A stretch of DNA of 64,000 nt from Flavobacterium sp. (lineage in GTDB: Bacteria > Bacteroidota > Bacteroidia > Flavobacteriales > Flavobacteriaceae). The translations under genes and the position numbers were made by a program. The stretch's first letter is position 1. Every line of letters begins with the position of its first letter. Below, one piece after another: positions 30,485-43,384 of this stretch. Location of the stretch: assembly GCF_031363805.1 (NCBI RefSeq), contig NZ_JANLVD010000019.1:2050-66049 (forward strand), in the 5' to 3' direction. Below the pieces are notes generated by a model, which worked only from the letters and a program-made list of their open reading frames with translations, was not told the origin of the DNA and made no database searches.

Positions 30485-30910
30485 ATGTTACAGCCTAAAA
30501 GAACAAAATACCGTAAGGTACAAAAAGGTAAAATGAAAGGAAACTCTCAAAGAGGGCACGAACTTTCAAATGGAATGTTTGGAATTAAATCTGTTCATGA
30601 AGATGGAATGTTTTTAACATCACGTCAAATCGAAGCTGCACGTATTGCTGCAACTCGTTTCATGAAAAGAGAAGGTCAATTATGGATCAAAATATTCCCA
30701 GACAAACCAATAACAAAGAAACCTCTTGAAGTACGTATGGGTAAAGGTAAAGGTGCAGTTGAATATTGGGCTGCTGTTGTTAAACCAGGAAGAATTATGT
30801 TTGAAGTTGGAGGAGTTCCATTGTCAGTTGCAAAAGAAGCATTGCGTCTTGCAGCACAAAAACTACCATGTAAAACTAAATTCATCGTTGCTAGAGATTT
30901 CGAAGCATAA
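30485..30910 (+). CDS. rplP: 50S ribosomal protein uL16
   Basis: [18 protein letters not shown]. Confidence 0.99.
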   Translation: MLQPKRTKYRKVQKGKMKGNSQRGHELSNGMFGIKSVHEDGMFLTSRQIEAARIAATRFMKREGQLWIKIFPDKPITKKPLEVRMGKGKGAVEYWAAVVKPGRIMFEVGGVPLSVAKEALRLAAQKLPCKTKFIVARDFEA

Positions 30911-30921
30911 TAAATATAATT

Positions 30922-31113
30922 ATGAAACAATCAGAAATTAAAGATCTATCTGCCGCTGATTTACAAGCTAAGTTAGTTCAGTTAAAGAAAACGTATGGCG
31001 ACATGAAAATGTCTCATTCAATTTCTCCAATTGAAAACCCACTTCAAATAAGAAGTTTAAGACGTTCAGTAGCAAGAATTGCGACTGAAATTAGCAAAAG
31101 AGAGCTACTATAA
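30922..31113 (+). CDS. rpmC: 50S ribosomal protein uL29
   Basis: ENPLQIRSLRRSVARIAT; position in the operon. Confidence 0.97.
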   Translation: MKQSEIKDLSAADLQAKLVQLKKTYGDMKMSHSISPIENPLQIRSLRRSVARIATEISKRELL

Positions 31114-31130
31114 TTGTATTCTGCTGAAAG

Positions 31131-31391
31131 ATGGAAGATAAAAGAAATTTAAGAAAAGAAAGAGTTGGTGTGGTAACTAGCGACAAAATGGATAAATCTA
31201 TTGTTGTAGCGCAAGTAACTAAAGTAAAACACCCATTATACGGTAAGTTCGTGTTGAAAACAAAGAAATTTGTAGCACACGACGAAACAAACGACTGTAA
31301 CATTGGAGATACTGTAAGGATCATGGAAACAAGACCTTTATCAAAATCTAAATGTTGGAGACTAGTTGAAATCATTGAAAGAGCTAAATAA
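31131..31391 (+). CDS. rpsQ: 30S ribosomal protein uS17
   Basis: [20 protein letters not shown]. Confidence 0.99.
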   Translation: MEDKRNLRKERVGVVTSDKMDKSIVVAQVTKVKHPLYGKFVLKTKKFVAHDETNDCNIGDTVRIMETRPLSKSKCWRLVEIIERAK

Positions 31392-31393
31392 TT

Positions 31394-31762
31394 ATGGTAC
31401 AACAAGAATCAAGACTTAGAGTCGCAGATAACACAGGAGCAAAAGAAGTTTTGACTATCCGTGTATTAGGAGGTACCAAAAGAAGGTATGCTTCTGTTGG
31501 AGATAAAATTGTAGTTTCAATCAAAGATGCAACACCTAACGGAAACGTTAAAAAGGGAACAGTATCTACTGCAGTTGTTGTAAGAACCAAAAAAGAAGTG
31601 AGAAGAGCCGACGGTTCTTACATCAGATTCGACGATAACGCTTGCGTATTGTTAAATGCTGCTGGAGAAATGAGAGGAACTCGTGTTTTTGGTCCTGTAG
31701 CAAGAGAACTTCGTGAAAAACAATTCATGAAAATTGTATCATTAGCGCCAGAGGTGCTTTAA
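31394..31762 (+). CDS. rplN: 50S ribosomal protein uL14
   Basis: [16 protein letters not shown]. Confidence 0.99.
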   Translation: MVQQESRLRVADNTGAKEVLTIRVLGGTKRRYASVGDKIVVSIKDATPNGNVKKGTVSTAVVVRTKKEVRRADGSYIRFDDNACVLLNAAGEMRGTRVFGPVARELREKQFMKIVSLAPEVL

Positions 31763-31774
31763 TTATTTATTAAG

Positions 31775-32089
31775 ATGATAAAGTTAAAAATAAAATCAGG
31801 AGATATCGTTAGAGTTATTGCTGGAGACCACAAAGGTGCCGAAGGTAAAGTTGTAAAGGTTGATCGTGAGAAAAATAAGGCGATAGTTGAAGGTGTAAAC
31901 ATGGTTTCGAAACATACTAAACCAAGTGCAAAAAGCCCTCAAGGTGGTATCGTTAAGAAAGAAGCTCCTATTCAAATATCTAACATTTCTCTTATAGATC
32001 CTAAAACTAAGGAAACTACAAGAGTAGGAATTAGAGTTGAAGGAGATAAGAAAGTAAGATTTTCAAAAAAATCTAATCAAGTACTATAG
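31775..32089 (+). CDS. rplX: 50S ribosomal protein uL24
   Basis: KOW motif [13 protein letters not shown]. Confidence 0.99.
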   Translation: MIKLKIKSGDIVRVIAGDHKGAEGKVVKVDREKNKAIVEGVNMVSKHTKPSAKSPQGGIVKKEAPIQISNISLIDPKTKETTRVGIRVEGDKKVRFSKKSNQVL

Positions 32090-32091
32090 TA

Positions 32092-32643
32092 ATGGCTTAT
32101 ATACCTAGACTAAAAGAAGAATATAAGAGTAGAGTAATCTCTGCTCTTACGGAAGAATTCGGTTACAAAAACGTAATGCAAGTTCCAAAACTTGAAAAAA
32201 TCGTGATTAGTAAAGGAGTTGGTGCAGCAGTATCAGACAAGAAATTGATCGATTATGCTGTAGAAGAATTATCGAAAATTACTGGACAAAAAGCGGTAGC
32301 TACTATCTCTAAAAAAGACGTTGCGTCTTTCAAATTGAGAAAAGGTATGCCAATTGGAGTTAAAGTAACACTTCGTGGAGAAAAAATGTATGAATTTTTA
32401 GATAGATTGGTAACTTCATCTTTACCACGTGTAAGAGATTTTAGTGGAATTAAAGCTACAGGTTTCGACGGTAGAGGAAATTACAATTTAGGAGTTCTTG
32501 AACAAATTATCTTTCCAGAAATTGATATTGATAAAGTAAATAAAATCTCAGGTATGGATATTACTTTTGTAACATCTGCTGCTACAGACAAAGAAGCCAA
32601 GTCATTACTAACTGAATTGGGTTTACCATTTAAAAAGAATTAA
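32092..32643 (+). CDS. rplE: 50S ribosomal protein uL5
   Basis: [19 protein letters not shown]. Confidence 0.99.
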   Translation: MAYIPRLKEEYKSRVISALTEEFGYKNVMQVPKLEKIVISKGVGAAVSDKKLIDYAVEELSKITGQKAVATISKKDVASFKLRKGMPIGVKVTLRGEKMYEFLDRLVTSSLPRVRDFSGIKATGFDGRGNYNLGVLEQIIFPEIDIDKVNKISGMDITFVTSAATDKEAKSLLTELGLPFKKN

Positions 32644-32646
32644 GAT

Positions 32647-32916
32647 ATGGCAAAAGAATCAATGAAAGCCCGTGAGGTTAAAAGAGAAAAAACTGTTGCT
32701 AAATATGCTGAGAAAAGAAAAGCTTTGTTAGAAGCTAAAGATTACTTATCTTTGCAAAAATTACCAAAAAACGCTTCTCCTGTTCGTTTGCACAATCGTT
32801 GTAAATTAACTGGAAGACCTAGAGGGTATATGCGTCAATTTGGACTTTCACGTGTTACATTTCGTGAAATGGCCAACAATGGATTGATACCTGGAGTTAA
32901 GAAGGCATCTTGGTAG
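32647..32916 (+). CDS. rpsN: 30S ribosomal protein uS14 (long, Zn-independent form)
   Basis: 89 aa, [17 protein letters not shown], single Cys. Confidence 0.98.
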   Translation: MAKESMKAREVKREKTVAKYAEKRKALLEAKDYLSLQKLPKNASPVRLHNRCKLTGRPRGYMRQFGLSRVTFREMANNGLIPGVKKASW

Positions 32917-33018
32917 AGACGTATTATATTACGTCGGTACTATATAAGCATTTATAAATTGGTTAAAGGTTTAGTTAATGAGTATTAACTAAAAACCATA
33001 GCCGCAAATTAATACATA

Positions 33019-33417
33019 ATGTATACAGATCCAATTGCAGATTATCTTACGAGAGTTAGAAATGCAACGAAAGCAAACCACAAAGTGGTTGAGATTCCTG
33101 CTTCTAACATGAAAAAAGAAATCACAAAGATTTTATTCGATCAAGGATATATCTTAAGTTACAAATTTGAAGACAACGCCGTTCAGGGTTCAATCAAAAT
33201 CGCTCTAAAGTATGATAAAGAAACTAAAGAGTCAGTAATTAAAGATATCCAAAGAATTAGTAAACCAGGTTTACGTAAGTATTCAGGTTCTTCATCAATC
33301 CCAAGAATCCTTAACGGATTAGGAATTGCAATTGTTTCAACTTCCAAAGGTCTTATGACTGGGAAACAAGCAAAGCAATTGAATGTTGGTGGTGAAGTAA
33401 TTTGTTACGTATACTAA
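33019..33417 (+). CDS. rpsH: 30S ribosomal protein uS8
   Basis: [21 protein letters not shown]. Confidence 0.99.
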   Translation: MYTDPIADYLTRVRNATKANHKVVEIPASNMKKEITKILFDQGYILSYKFEDNAVQGSIKIALKYDKETKESVIKDIQRISKPGLRKYSGSSSIPRILNGLGIAIVSTSKGLMTGKQAKQLNVGGEVICYVY

Positions 33418-33434
33418 TTTAAAAGACCAATAAA

Positions 33435-33980
33435 ATGTCAAGAATAGGTAAAAATCCAATTGCAATTCCTGCTGGCGTAACTATAGAAGTTAATAATTCT
33501 ATAGTAACCGTAAAAGGAAAATTAGGGCAACTGACACAAAACTACACCAACAATGTAACCGTTAAGGTTGAAGAAGGTCAGGTTATTGTTGAAAGAGCTG
33601 CTGATAGCAAACAAGAAAGAGCTCAACATGGTTTGTTTAGAGCTTTAATCAATAACATGATTGCTGGTGTATCTAATGGTTTTACAAAAGAGTTAGAACT
33701 TGTTGGAGTAGGATATAGAGCATCAAATCAAGGTCAAAAACTTGATTTAGCTTTAGGTTTTTCTCACAATATCGTTTTAGAAATTGCATCTGAAGTTACT
33801 TTAGAAACAATATCTGAAAAAGGTAAAAACCCAATTGTAAAATTAACGTCATTCGATAAACAACTTTTAGGTCAAGTTGCCGCTAAAATTAGAGGCTTCC
33901 GTAAACCAGAACCTTACAAAGGAAAAGGTGTTAAATTCGTAGGTGAAGTATTAAGAAGAAAAGCAGGTAAATCAGCTTAA
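33435..33980 (+). CDS. rplF: 50S ribosomal protein uL6
   Basis: [18 protein letters not shown]. Confidence 0.99.
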   Translation: MSRIGKNPIAIPAGVTIEVNNSIVTVKGKLGQLTQNYTNNVTVKVEEGQVIVERAADSKQERAQHGLFRALINNMIAGVSNGFTKELELVGVGYRASNQGQKLDLALGFSHNIVLEIASEVTLETISEKGKNPIVKLTSFDKQLLGQVAAKIRGFRKPEPYKGKGVKFVGEVLRRKAGKSA

Positions 33981-33991
33981 AATTTAAGATT

Positions 33992-34342
33992 ATGTCATTA
34001 ACAAAATCTGATAGAAGACAGAGAATACAGTACAGAATTAGAAAGACTGTTAGCGGAACCGCAGCAAGACCTCGTTTATCTGTATTCAGAAGTAACAAAG
34101 AAATATATGCTCAATTAATTGACGATGTAAACGGTGTAACACTGGCTACAGCATCATCAAGAGAAAAAGGTGTAAATGCAGGTACTAAAATTGAAGTTGC
34201 CACTGCAGTTGGGAAACTAATTGGAGAAATTTCTTTAAAAGCAGGTATTGATACTGTTACTTTCGATAGAGGTGGTTATTTATACCACGGTCGTGTCAAA
34301 TCATTAGCAGAAGGTGCGAGAGCAGCCGGATTAAAATTCTAA
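33992..34342 (+). CDS. rplR: 50S ribosomal protein uL18
   Basis: [23 protein letters not shown]. Confidence 0.99.
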   Translation: MSLTKSDRRQRIQYRIRKTVSGTAARPRLSVFRSNKEIYAQLIDDVNGVTLATASSREKGVNAGTKIEVATAVGKLIGEISLKAGIDTVTFDRGGYLYHGRVKSLAEGARAAGLKF

Positions 34343-34348
34343 GAAATT

Positions 34349-34873
34349 ATGTATCATAAATACAAAAACGTAGAGTTAGTAAAACCAAGTGGTCTTGAAT
34401 TAAAAGATCGTTTGGTAAGTGTAAATCGTGTTACGAAAGTTACAAAAGGTGGTAGAGCATTTGGTTTTTCTGCTATTGTAGTTGTAGGTAACGAAGATGG
34501 AGTAGTTGGTCACGGACTAGGAAAATCTAAAGATGTTTCTGAAGCAATTGCGAAAGCAGTAGAAGATGCTAAGAAAAATTTAGTAAAAATTCCTTTAAGT
34601 GGACAATCTGTTCCTCACGAACAAAAGGGTAAATTTGGTGGAGCAAGAGTATTTTTAATGCCAGCTTCCCATGGTACTGGAGTAATTGCAGGTGGAGCCG
34701 TTCGTTCGGTTTTAGAATCTGTAGGTATTCACGATGTATTATCAAAATCTCAAGGATCTTCTAATCCACACAATGTGGTAAAAGCAACTTTCGATGCATT
34801 ATTGCAAATGAGAAGTGCTTACACAGTGTCTAGACAAAGAGGAATTTCATTAGAGAAAGTATTTAAAGGTTAA
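34349..34873 (+). CDS. rpsE: 30S ribosomal protein uS5
   Basis: [18 protein letters not shown]. Confidence 0.99.
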   Translation: MYHKYKNVELVKPSGLELKDRLVSVNRVTKVTKGGRAFGFSAIVVVGNEDGVVGHGLGKSKDVSEAIAKAVEDAKKNLVKIPLSGQSVPHEQKGKFGGARVFLMPASHGTGVIAGGAVRSVLESVGIHDVLSKSQGSSNPHNVVKATFDALLQMRSAYTVSRQRGISLEKVFKG

Positions 34874-34885
34874 TTCAAGGAAATT

Positions 34886-35068
34886 ATGGCTAAATTATTA
34901 GTAAAACAAGTTAGAAGCAAAATCAACTGTCCTCTTACTCAAAAAAGAGGTTTGGAAGCTTTGGGTCTACGTAAAATGGGTCAAGTTGTAGAGCATGATT
35001 CAAATCCAACTATCCTTGGGATGATAAACAAAGTTAAACACTTAGTTTCTGTAGTAGAAGCTAAATAA
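34886..35068 (+). CDS. rpmD: 50S ribosomal protein uL30
   Basis: [18 protein letters not shown]. Confidence 0.98.
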   Translation: MAKLLVKQVRSKINCPLTQKRGLEALGLRKMGQVVEHDSNPTILGMINKVKHLVSVVEAK

Positions 35069-35080
35069 CCAAACACTGTT

Positions 35081-35533
35081 ATGAATTTAAGTAATTTACA
35101 ACCAGCTGAAGGTTCAACACATAATCAAAATAAAAGATTAGGTAGAGGAGAAGGTTCTGGAAAAGGTGGTACTTCCGCAAGAGGTCACAAAGGAGCAAAA
35201 TCTCGTTCTGGTTATTCTAAAAAGATTGGTTTTGAAGGTGGGCAAATGCCACTTCAAAGACGTGTGCCTAAGTTTGGTTTCACAAATATCAATAGAGTTG
35301 AATATCAAGGTGTAAATCTTGATAATTTACAACTACTAGTTGATAATGGTATTGTAACTGACACTGTTGATATGACAGTATTTATTACAACCCGTTTGGC
35401 TACTAAAACCGAAGTTGTTAAAATTTTGGGTAGAGGTGAGCTTAAAGCAAAATTAAAAGTGAGTGCACATAAATTTACTGCTACTGCAAAAGCTGCTATC
35501 GAAGCTGCTGGAGGAGAAGCTATAGAATTATAA
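35081..35533 (+). CDS. rplO: 50S ribosomal protein uL15
   Basis: [26 protein letters not shown]. Confidence 0.99.
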   Translation: MNLSNLQPAEGSTHNQNKRLGRGEGSGKGGTSARGHKGAKSRSGYSKKIGFEGGQMPLQRRVPKFGFTNINRVEYQGVNLDNLQLLVDNGIVTDTVDMTVFITTRLATKTEVVKILGRGELKAKLKVSAHKFTATAKAAIEAAGGEAIEL

Positions 35534-35544
35534 TTTACCAAACG

Positions 35545-36891
35545 ATGAAAAAATTTATTGAATCGTTTGTAAACGTTTGGAAAATTGAGGAACTAAAAAA
35601 CAGAATCCTAATCACATTAGGATTTCTGTTGGTTTATCGTTTTGGTGCACAAATTCCATTACCTGGAATTGATGGGTCTAAATTGGCTAATCTTTCAAAT
35701 CAAACTGAAAAAGGTATTGGTTGGTTAATCGATGTTTTTACAGGTGGATCTTTTTCGAAAGCATCAATTTTTGCTTTAGGAATTATGCCTTACATTTCTG
35801 CTTCTATTGTTGTTCAGTTAATGGGAATTGCTATTCCTTATCTTCAGAAATTACAAAAAGAAGGTGAAAGTGGTAGAAAAAAGATGAATCAGATTACGAG
35901 ATGGTTAACCATTGGTATTACCTTACTTCAAGGACCAGGTTATATTTATAACTTATACAGAACATTGCCTGCAGATGCCTTTTTATTAGGATTTAATTCA
36001 TTTGAATTCTTATTCTCTTCAGTAATTATTTTAACTACAGGAACAGTTTTTGCTATGTGGTTGGGAGAAAAAATTACAGATAAAGGTATTGGAAATGGTA
36101 TATCACTATTAATTTTGGTTGGAATTGTCGCTAGAATGCCACAAGCATTTATACAAGAATTTGGTTCTGTTATGAAAGGTGGAAATGGTGGATTAATGTT
36201 AATTACACTTGAAATTATTGTTTGGCTATTAATTATTGTAGCTTGTATTTTAATGGTAATGGCAGTTAGAAAAATACCGGTACAATACGCACGTCGTTCA
36301 GTTTCTGGTGATTTAGAGCAAGATTTGATGGGTGGAAACAGACAATTTATTCCTTTGAAATTAAATGCATCTGGTGTAATGCCAATCATTTTTGCACAAG
36401 CTATTATGTTTATACCTGCTGCTGTTGCTGGATTATCAAAATCTGAAGTAGCACAGTCAATAAGCACAAGATTTCAAAATATATTTGGTTGGGAGTATAA
36501 TTTATTATTTGCATTATTAATCGTAATTTTTACGTATTTTTACACCGCAATTACGGTTCCTACTAATAAAATGGCAGATGATTTAAAAAGAAGCGGTGGC
36601 TTTATTCCAGGTGTAAAACCAGGAGTTGAAACAGCTGATTTTTTAGATCATGTAATGTCTTTAATTACTTTTCCAGGTTCATTATTTCTAGCACTTCTTG
36701 CTGTGTTCCCAGCTATTGTTGTCAGTGTAATGGGTGTTCAATCACAATGGGCATTATTTTTTGGAGGCACATCTTTATTAATTTTGGTTGGAGTTGCAAT
36801 CGATACGGTTCAACAAATCAATTCATACTTGTTAAACAAACATTATGATGGTTTAATGAAAACTGGAAAAAATAGAAAAGCAGTAGCTTAA
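35545..36891 (+). CDS. secY: Preprotein translocase SecY
   Basis: [30 protein letters not shown]. Confidence 0.99.
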   Translation: MKKFIESFVNVWKIEELKNRILITLGFLLVYRFGAQIPLPGIDGSKLANLSNQTEKGIGWLIDVFTGGSFSKASIFALGIMPYISASIVVQLMGIAIPYLQKLQKEGESGRKKMNQITRWLTIGITLLQGPGYIYNLYRTLPADAFLLGFNSFEFLFSSVIILTTGTVFAMWLGEKITDKGIGNGISLLILVGIVARMPQAFIQEFGSVMKGGNGGLMLITLEIIVWLLIIVACILMVMAVRKIPVQYARRSVSGDLEQDLMGGNRQFIPLKLNASGVMPIIFAQAIMFIPAAVAGLSKSEVAQSISTRFQNIFGWEYNLLFALLIVIFTYFYTAITVPTNKMADDLKRSGGFIPGVKPGVETADFLDHVMSLITFPGSLFLALLAVFPAIVVSVMGVQSQWALFFGGTSLLILVGVAIDTVQQINSYLLNKHYDGLMKTGKNRKAVA

Positions 36892-36892
36892 T

Positions 36893-37108
36893 ATGGCAAA
36901 ACAATCAGCAATAGAACAAGACGGATCAATCATTGAAGCATTGTCAAATGCAATGTTCCGTGTTGAATTAGAAAATGGGCACATCGTGATTGCTCACATT
37001 TCAGGAAAAATGCGAATGCATTACATCAAATTATTACCTGGTGATAAAGTGAAACTTGAAATGAGTCCTTACGATTTGTCAAAAGCAAGAATTACTTATA
37101 GATATTAA
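36893..37108 (+). CDS. infA: Translation initiation factor IF-1
   Basis: [19 protein letters not shown]. Confidence 0.99.
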   Translation: MAKQSAIEQDGSIIEALSNAMFRVELENGHIVIAHISGKMRMHYIKLLPGDKVKLEMSPYDLSKARITYRY

Positions 37109-37112
37109 TAAA

Positions 37113-37229
37113 ATGAAAGTAAGAGCATCAGTTAAGAAGAGAAGTGCCGAGTGCATTATCGTTCGTAGAAAAGGAAGATTATACGTAATCAACAAAAAGA
37201 ATCCTAGATTTAAACAAAGACAAGGATAA
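37113..37229 (+). CDS. rpmJ: 50S ribosomal protein bL36 (Zn-free form; not in the ORF track)
   Basis: Translated by hand: [38 protein letters not shown]. Confidence 0.97.
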
Positions 37230-37231
37230 TT

Positions 37232-37606
37232 ATGGCAAGAATAGCAGGGGTAGATATCCCAAAAAACAAGAGAGGTGTCATTGCATTAACCTATATCTTC
37301 GGAATTGGTAAAAGCAGAGCTATTGAGGTTTTAGAAAAAGCTCAAGTTAGTCAAGACAAAAAAGTACAAGATTGGAATGATGACGAAATCGGTGGTATCC
37401 GTGAAGCAGTATCTTTTTTCAAAATTGAAGGAGAACTGCGTTCAGAAGTTTCATTAAACATTAAACGTTTAATGGATATTGGATGTTATAGAGGAATTCG
37501 TCACAGATCTGGACTTCCATTAAGAGGTCAAAGAACTAAAAACAATTCTAGAACTAGAAAAGGTAAAAGAAAAACTGTTGCGAACAAGAAAAAAGCAACT
37601 AAATAA
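37232..37606 (+). CDS. rpsM: 30S ribosomal protein uS13
   Basis: [24 protein letters not shown]. Confidence 0.99.
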   Translation: MARIAGVDIPKNKRGVIALTYIFGIGKSRAIEVLEKAQVSQDKKVQDWNDDEIGGIREAVSFFKIEGELRSEVSLNIKRLMDIGCYRGIRHRSGLPLRGQRTKNNSRTRKGKRKTVANKKKATK

Positions 37607-37614
37607 TAAGTAGT

Positions 37615-37998
37615 ATGGCTAAGGCAAGTACAAAAAAACGTAAAGTTATAGTAGAGTCAACAGGCGAAGCTCATATTAGTGCCACTTTTAACAACATCAT
37701 CATTTCTTTGACAAACAAGAAAGGTGAAGTAGTTTCTTGGTCGTCAGCTGGTAAAATGGGCTTTAGAGGTTCTAAAAAGAATACTCCATATGCAGCTCAA
37801 ATGGCCGCTGAAGATTGCTCAAAAGTAGCAATGGAAGCTGGTATGAAAAAAGTGAAAGTATATGTTAAGGGACCAGGAAACGGACGTGAGTCTGCCATCC
37901 GTTCTTTGCACAATGCTGGAATTGAAGTAACAGAAATTATCGATGTTACTCCTCTTCCTCACAATGGATGTCGTCCTCCAAAAAGACGTAGAGTATAA
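37615..37998 (+). CDS. rpsK: 30S ribosomal protein uS11
   Basis: [26 protein letters not shown]. Confidence 0.99.
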   Translation: MAKASTKKRKVIVESTGEAHISATFNNIIISLTNKKGEVVSWSSAGKMGFRGSKKNTPYAAQMAAEDCSKVAMEAGMKKVKVYVKGPGNGRESAIRSLHNAGIEVTEIIDVTPLPHNGCRPPKRRRV

Positions 37999-38020
37999 TT
38001 TTATAACAATAAGTATAACT

Positions 38021-38073
38021 AGGTAGAACATAGGTTATCGAAGGATTTAGACCTGAATTCATAATCTCTACCT
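38021..38073 (+). ncRNA. Structured rpsD leader (probable S4-Flavobacteria-type r-leader)
   Basis: Closing stem AGGTAGA/TCTACCT with inner AGGTT/GACCT, directly upstream of rpsD. Confidence 0.45.
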
Positions 38074-38089
38074 TAATAATTTTTTAGAA

Positions 38090-38695
38090 ATGGCAAGATA
38101 TACTGGTCCAAGTACTAGAATAGCTCGTAAATTTGGCGAAGCTATTTTCGGAGATGATAAATCATTCGAAAAAAGAAATTATCCACCCGGACAACACGGG
38201 ATGGCTAAAAAAAGAGGAAAAAAATCTGAATTTGCTATCCAATTAATGGAGAAACAAAAAGCTAAATATTCTTATGGAATTTTAGAAAAGCAATTCAGAG
38301 GTTTATTTAAAAAAGCTGCAGCTTCAAAAGGTGTAACTGGTGAGATTCTTTTACAATTGTGTGAAGCTCGTTTAGACAACGTAGTTTTCAGAATGGGTAT
38401 TGCTCCAACTAGAAGAGCTGCAAGACAAATTGTTTCTCACAGACACGTGACTGTAAATGGTGAACTTGTAAATGTACCTTCATACCATTTAAAACCTGGT
38501 GACAAAGTGGCTGTTCGTGAAAAATCTAAATCATTAGAAGCTATCGATCGTTCTTTATCAAATTCAAGTCATGTTTATGAGTGGATTACTTGGAATACTG
38601 CACAAATGGAAGGAACTTTTGTTTCTGTTCCTGCTAGATTGCAAATTCCAGAAAACATTAAAGAGCAACTAATCGTCGAATTGTACAACAAATAA
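38090..38695 (+). CDS. rpsD: 30S ribosomal protein uS4
   Basis: [26 protein letters not shown]. Confidence 0.99.
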   Translation: MARYTGPSTRIARKFGEAIFGDDKSFEKRNYPPGQHGMAKKRGKKSEFAIQLMEKQKAKYSYGILEKQFRGLFKKAAASKGVTGEILLQLCEARLDNVVFRMGIAPTRRAARQIVSHRHVTVNGELVNVPSYHLKPGDKVAVREKSKSLEAIDRSLSNSSHVYEWITWNTAQMEGTFVSVPARLQIPENIKEQLIVELYNK

Positions 38696-38719
38696 TAATT
38701 GACATCAGTCTAATAATCT

Positions 38720-39712
38720 ATGGCATTATTTAATTTTCAGAAGCCCGATAAAGTTATCATGATCGATTCAACCGATTTTGAAGGTAAGTTTGAATTCAGA
38801 CCTTTAGAACCTGGTTACGGATTGACAGTTGGTAACGCACTTAGAAGAGTTTTACTTTCTGCATTAGAAGGTTACGCAATCACATCTATCCGTATAGAAG
38901 GTGTTGATCACGAATTCTCAACTATTTCTGGAGTTGTTGAAGATGTTACAGAAATTATCCTTAATCTTAAACAAGTACGTTTCAAACGTCAAATTGAAGA
39001 TATCGATAATGAATCTGTTACACTTGCAATCTCAGGAAAAAATCAAATTACTGCTGGCGATTTCCAAAAATATATTTCTGGATTTCAAGTATTAAATCCA
39101 GAATTGGTAATTTGTAACTTGGACAGTAAAGTGAACCTTAACATGGAAATGACTATCGAAAAAGGTAGAGGATATGTTCCAGCTGAGGAAAACAAAAAAC
39201 AAAATGCTGCAATTGGTACCATTTTTACCGATTCAATCTTTACTCCGGTAAAGAATGTGAAGTATGCTATTGAAAACTTCCGTGTTGAGCAAAAAACAGA
39301 TTATGAGAAATTAGTTTTTGAAATAAAAACTGATGGTTCTATTAATCCAAAAGATGCCCTTACAGAAGCTGCAAAAGTACTTATCCACCATTTCATGTTG
39401 TTTTCTGACGAAAGAATTACACTTGAAGCTGATGAAATAGCCCAAACAGAATCCTACGACGAAGAGTCATTGCACATGAGACAATTGCTTAAAACTAAGC
39501 TTGTTGATATGGATCTTTCTGTAAGAGCATTAAATTGCCTTAAAGCAGCTGAAGTGGATACATTAGGAGACTTAGTGTCATTCAACAAAAATGACTTAAT
39601 GAAATTCCGTAATTTTGGTAAAAAATCGTTAACAGAACTTGACGAATTGGTTGCCGTAAAAAATCTTACTTTCGGAATGGATTTAGCCAAATACAAATTA
39701 GATAAAGAATAA
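38720..39712 (+). CDS. rpoA: RNA polymerase alpha subunit
   Basis: [26 protein letters not shown]. Confidence 0.99.
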   Translation: MALFNFQKPDKVIMIDSTDFEGKFEFRPLEPGYGLTVGNALRRVLLSALEGYAITSIRIEGVDHEFSTISGVVEDVTEIILNLKQVRFKRQIEDIDNESVTLAISGKNQITAGDFQKYISGFQVLNPELVICNLDSKVNLNMEMTIEKGRGYVPAEENKKQNAAIGTIFTDSIFTPVKNVKYAIENFRVEQKTDYEKLVFEIKTDGSINPKDALTEAAKVLIHHFMLFSDERITLEADEIAQTESYDEESLHMRQLLKTKLVDMDLSVRALNCLKAAEVDTLGDLVSFNKNDLMKFRNFGKKSLTELDELVAVKNLTFGMDLAKYKLDKE

Positions 39713-39775
39713 ATTACTTCATATTTTGCGCTCTGGAAACGGATTGAAGCAAGATGAAGGTTAAAAAAAATAGTC

Positions 39776-40285
39776 ATGAGACACGGAAAAAAATTCAACC
39801 ACTTAAGCAGACAGACTGGACATAGAAAAGCTATGTTAGCCAATATGGCTTGTTCTCTTATAGAGCACAAACGTATTAACACAACTGTTGCTAAAGCAAA
39901 AGCGCTAAAACAATTCGTTGAGCCGCTTATCACAAAATCAAAAGACGATACAACACACAACCGTCGTATTTGTTTCGCTTACTTACGTAGCAAATATGCA
40001 GTAACTGACTTGTTCAGAGACGTAGCAGCAAAAGTAGGTGATCGTCCAGGAGGATACACACGTATCATCAAACTAGGAAATCGTTTAGGAGATAATGCTG
40101 ATATGGCAATGATCGAATTAGTAGATTTCAACGAACTATACAACGGTGGTAAGAAAGAAGAAGTAAAAACTAAAAGCCGTCGTGGTGGAAAAGCTAAAAA
40201 AGCAGATTCAGCTCCAGTGGCAGATGTTGCTCCTGAAGCTCCAGCAGCTGACACTTCAGAACCAACTACAGATAATGCAGAATAA
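39776..40285 (+). CDS. rplQ: 50S ribosomal protein bL17 with C-terminal extension
   Basis: [23 protein letters not shown]. Confidence 0.99.
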   Translation: MRHGKKFNHLSRQTGHRKAMLANMACSLIEHKRINTTVAKAKALKQFVEPLITKSKDDTTHNRRICFAYLRSKYAVTDLFRDVAAKVGDRPGGYTRIIKLGNRLGDNADMAMIELVDFNELYNGGKKEEVKTKSRRGGKAKKADSAPVADVAPEAPAADTSEPTTDNAE

Positions 40286-40308
40286 TGAATTTCAATATTC
40301 TATAAATC

Positions 40309-40345
40309 AAAAGGGTAAACTAGCAATAGTTTATCCTTTTTTTTT
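40309..40345 (+). terminator. alpha operon terminator
   Basis: AGGGTAAACTA-GCAA-TAGTTTATCCT followed by a long T-tract. Confidence 0.85.
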
Positions 40346-40474
40346 AGGAGCGAATCGCTTGGGCTTTATCCGCAAACCATATTCCTGCTGTCGTTGCAAT
40401 CTTTTTTTTACAACTGACAGGTTTTTAAAACCTGTCAGGTGTAATAAAAAGGATTTCCACTTACATCAGGGCTA
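40346..40474 (+). repeat. Modular REP-like element, copy 2
   Basis: AGGAGC...ATTCCTGCTGTCGTTGCAATCT...AAAGGATTTCCACTTACATCAGGGCTA enclosing CTGACAGGTTTTTAAAACCTGTCAG (40414-40438). Confidence 0.7.
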
Positions 40475-40525
40475 ATAAATAAATTTTAGGATTACTTGTA
40501 ATCTTTTAAAAACTTTGACAAAAAC

Positions 40526-40557
40526 TTTGTGTTCTTTCCAGTAAAAAATTAAATTTG
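40526..40557 (+). promoter_or_regulatory. carA promoter
   Basis: TTTG, 20 nt, TAAATTTG. Confidence 0.7.
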
Positions 40558-40574
40558 CATAACACACAACTACA

Positions 40575-41684
40575 ATGAACTACACAACAAAACAAAAAGC
40601 CATACTGCTTTTATCAGACGGCACCATTTTCCACGGAAAATCAATAGGAATTTCTGGAACAACTTTTGGAGAAGTATGTTTCAACACAGGAATGACAGGC
40701 TATCAAGAAATATTTACCGACCCTTCCTATTTCGGACAAATCATGGTTGCTACCAATCCACACATCGGGAATTATGGCGTAAACAAAAATGAAATCGAAT
40801 CCGATACTATAAAAATTGCAGGATTAGTTTGTAAAAATTTCTCCAATTTTCATTCACGACCACATTCTGAAAGTAACTTATTCGATTATTTCGAGAAACA
40901 AAACCTAGTTTGCATTTCCGATGTCGATACGCGAGCGTTGGTGAGTTACATTCGTGACAATGGAGCCATGAACGCTGTTATTTGTACAGACAAAACTTCA
41001 TTAGAAGATTTGAAAATGGCGCTAGCAAAAGTTCCAGACATGAAAGGATTAGAACTAGCCTCAAAAGTATCAACAAAAGAACCGTATTTTTACGGAGATG
41101 AAAATGCAAAATATAAAATCTCAGCTTTAGATTTAGGAATCAAAACCAATATTCTTCGCAATTTGGCCAAAAGAGATTGCTACATTAAAGTTTTTCCATT
41201 CGATTCAAGTTTCCATGACCTATCAGAATTTAATCCGGATGGTTATTTTCTTTCCAACGGTCCAGGCGATCCGGATCCTTTATTTTCTGCCATAGAAGTA
41301 GCAAAAAACATCATCGAAAATAATAAACCACTTTTCGGAATTTGTCTAGGTCATCAAGTGATAGCATTAGCCAACGGAATTTCAACCTACAAAATGTTCA
41401 ATGGACACCGAGGTATCAATCATCCAGTGATGAATATCTTGAAAGGAAAAGGGGAAATCACTTCTCAAAACCATGGTTTTGCTGTGAATCGAGAAGAACT
41501 TGAAAAGAATCAAAATATGAAAATCACCCATTTTCATCTTAATGACAACACCGTTGCAGGAATGCGAATGAAATCTAAAAACTGTTTCTCAGTGCAATAC
41601 CATCCAGAAGCAAGTCCAGGCCCTCATGATTCGAGCTATTTATTTGATGAGTTTATCGAAAATATAAAACTTTCAAGTAGCTAA
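40575..41684 (+). CDS. carA: Carbamoyl-phosphate synthase small subunit
   Basis: GEVCFNTGMTGYQE, LSNGPGDP, GICLGHQ, SQNHGF, QYHPEASPGPHD. Confidence 0.97.
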   Translation: MNYTTKQKAILLLSDGTIFHGKSIGISGTTFGEVCFNTGMTGYQEIFTDPSYFGQIMVATNPHIGNYGVNKNEIESDTIKIAGLVCKNFSNFHSRPHSESNLFDYFEKQNLVCISDVDTRALVSYIRDNGAMNAVICTDKTSLEDLKMALAKVPDMKGLELASKVSTKEPYFYGDENAKYKISALDLGIKTNILRNLAKRDCYIKVFPFDSSFHDLSEFNPDGYFLSNGPGDPDPLFSAIEVAKNIIENNKPLFGICLGHQVIALANGISTYKMFNGHRGINHPVMNILKGKGEITSQNHGFAVNREELEKNQNMKITHFHLNDNTVAGMRMKSKNCFSVQYHPEASPGPHDSSYLFDEFIENIKLSSS

Positions 41685-41750
41685 AACGTTATCGTTAACA
41701 AGATTCATATTTTATTAAAAATCATGCTGAAACTTTGAATATATTTGTAA

Positions 41751-43079
<1,329 letters not shown>

Positions 43080-43093
43080 CAATAAAATAATTT

Positions 43094-43248
43094 GGAGCAA
43101 TTCCCGCCTTTCGCTTCATCCCGATAGCTATCGGGACATTCAAAAAGCTGTTTTTCTACTCAACAACAGGAGCTTCCTTTGGTCGCTCTGTTTTTGCTAG
43201 AAAAACTGGCTTTTTTCATTTTGTAGCTTTTCGCTTCACTCGGGGCTA
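43094..43248 (+). repeat. Modular REP-like element, copy 3 (nested hairpins)
   Basis: GGAGCAATTCCCGCCTTTCGCTTCA...TCGGGGCTA enclosing the perfect palindrome TCCCGATAGCTATCGGGA (43119-43136) and further stems. Confidence 0.7.
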
Positions 43249-43347
43249 AAAATTGAAATAAAAATAAACCAAAATATATAATTCGGGATAATTTTTCAGT
43301 TCTCAAAATAATTTATAATTTATAATTCATAATTCATATTTTTTTTT

Positions 43348-43377
43348 TAAGTTTGCACCCTTAACGAGAGGAGGTGT
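43348..43377 (+). promoter_or_regulatory. rpsU -7 box and extended Shine-Dalgarno sequence
   Basis: TAAGTTTG (43348-43355); GAGAGGAGGTGT (43366-43377) 7 nt before the ATG. Confidence 0.85.
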
Positions 43378-43384
43378 CTATATT

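Noticed and set aside
35545-37108. Absence of adk/map after secY, of tuf after fusA, and of carB beside carA
   Set aside because: This gene order appears ordinary for Flavobacteriaceae.
40182-40475. 97-aa ORF over the rplQ end, terminator and repeat
   Set aside because: It overlaps rplQ out of frame and runs through non-coding structures, so it is a chance ORF.
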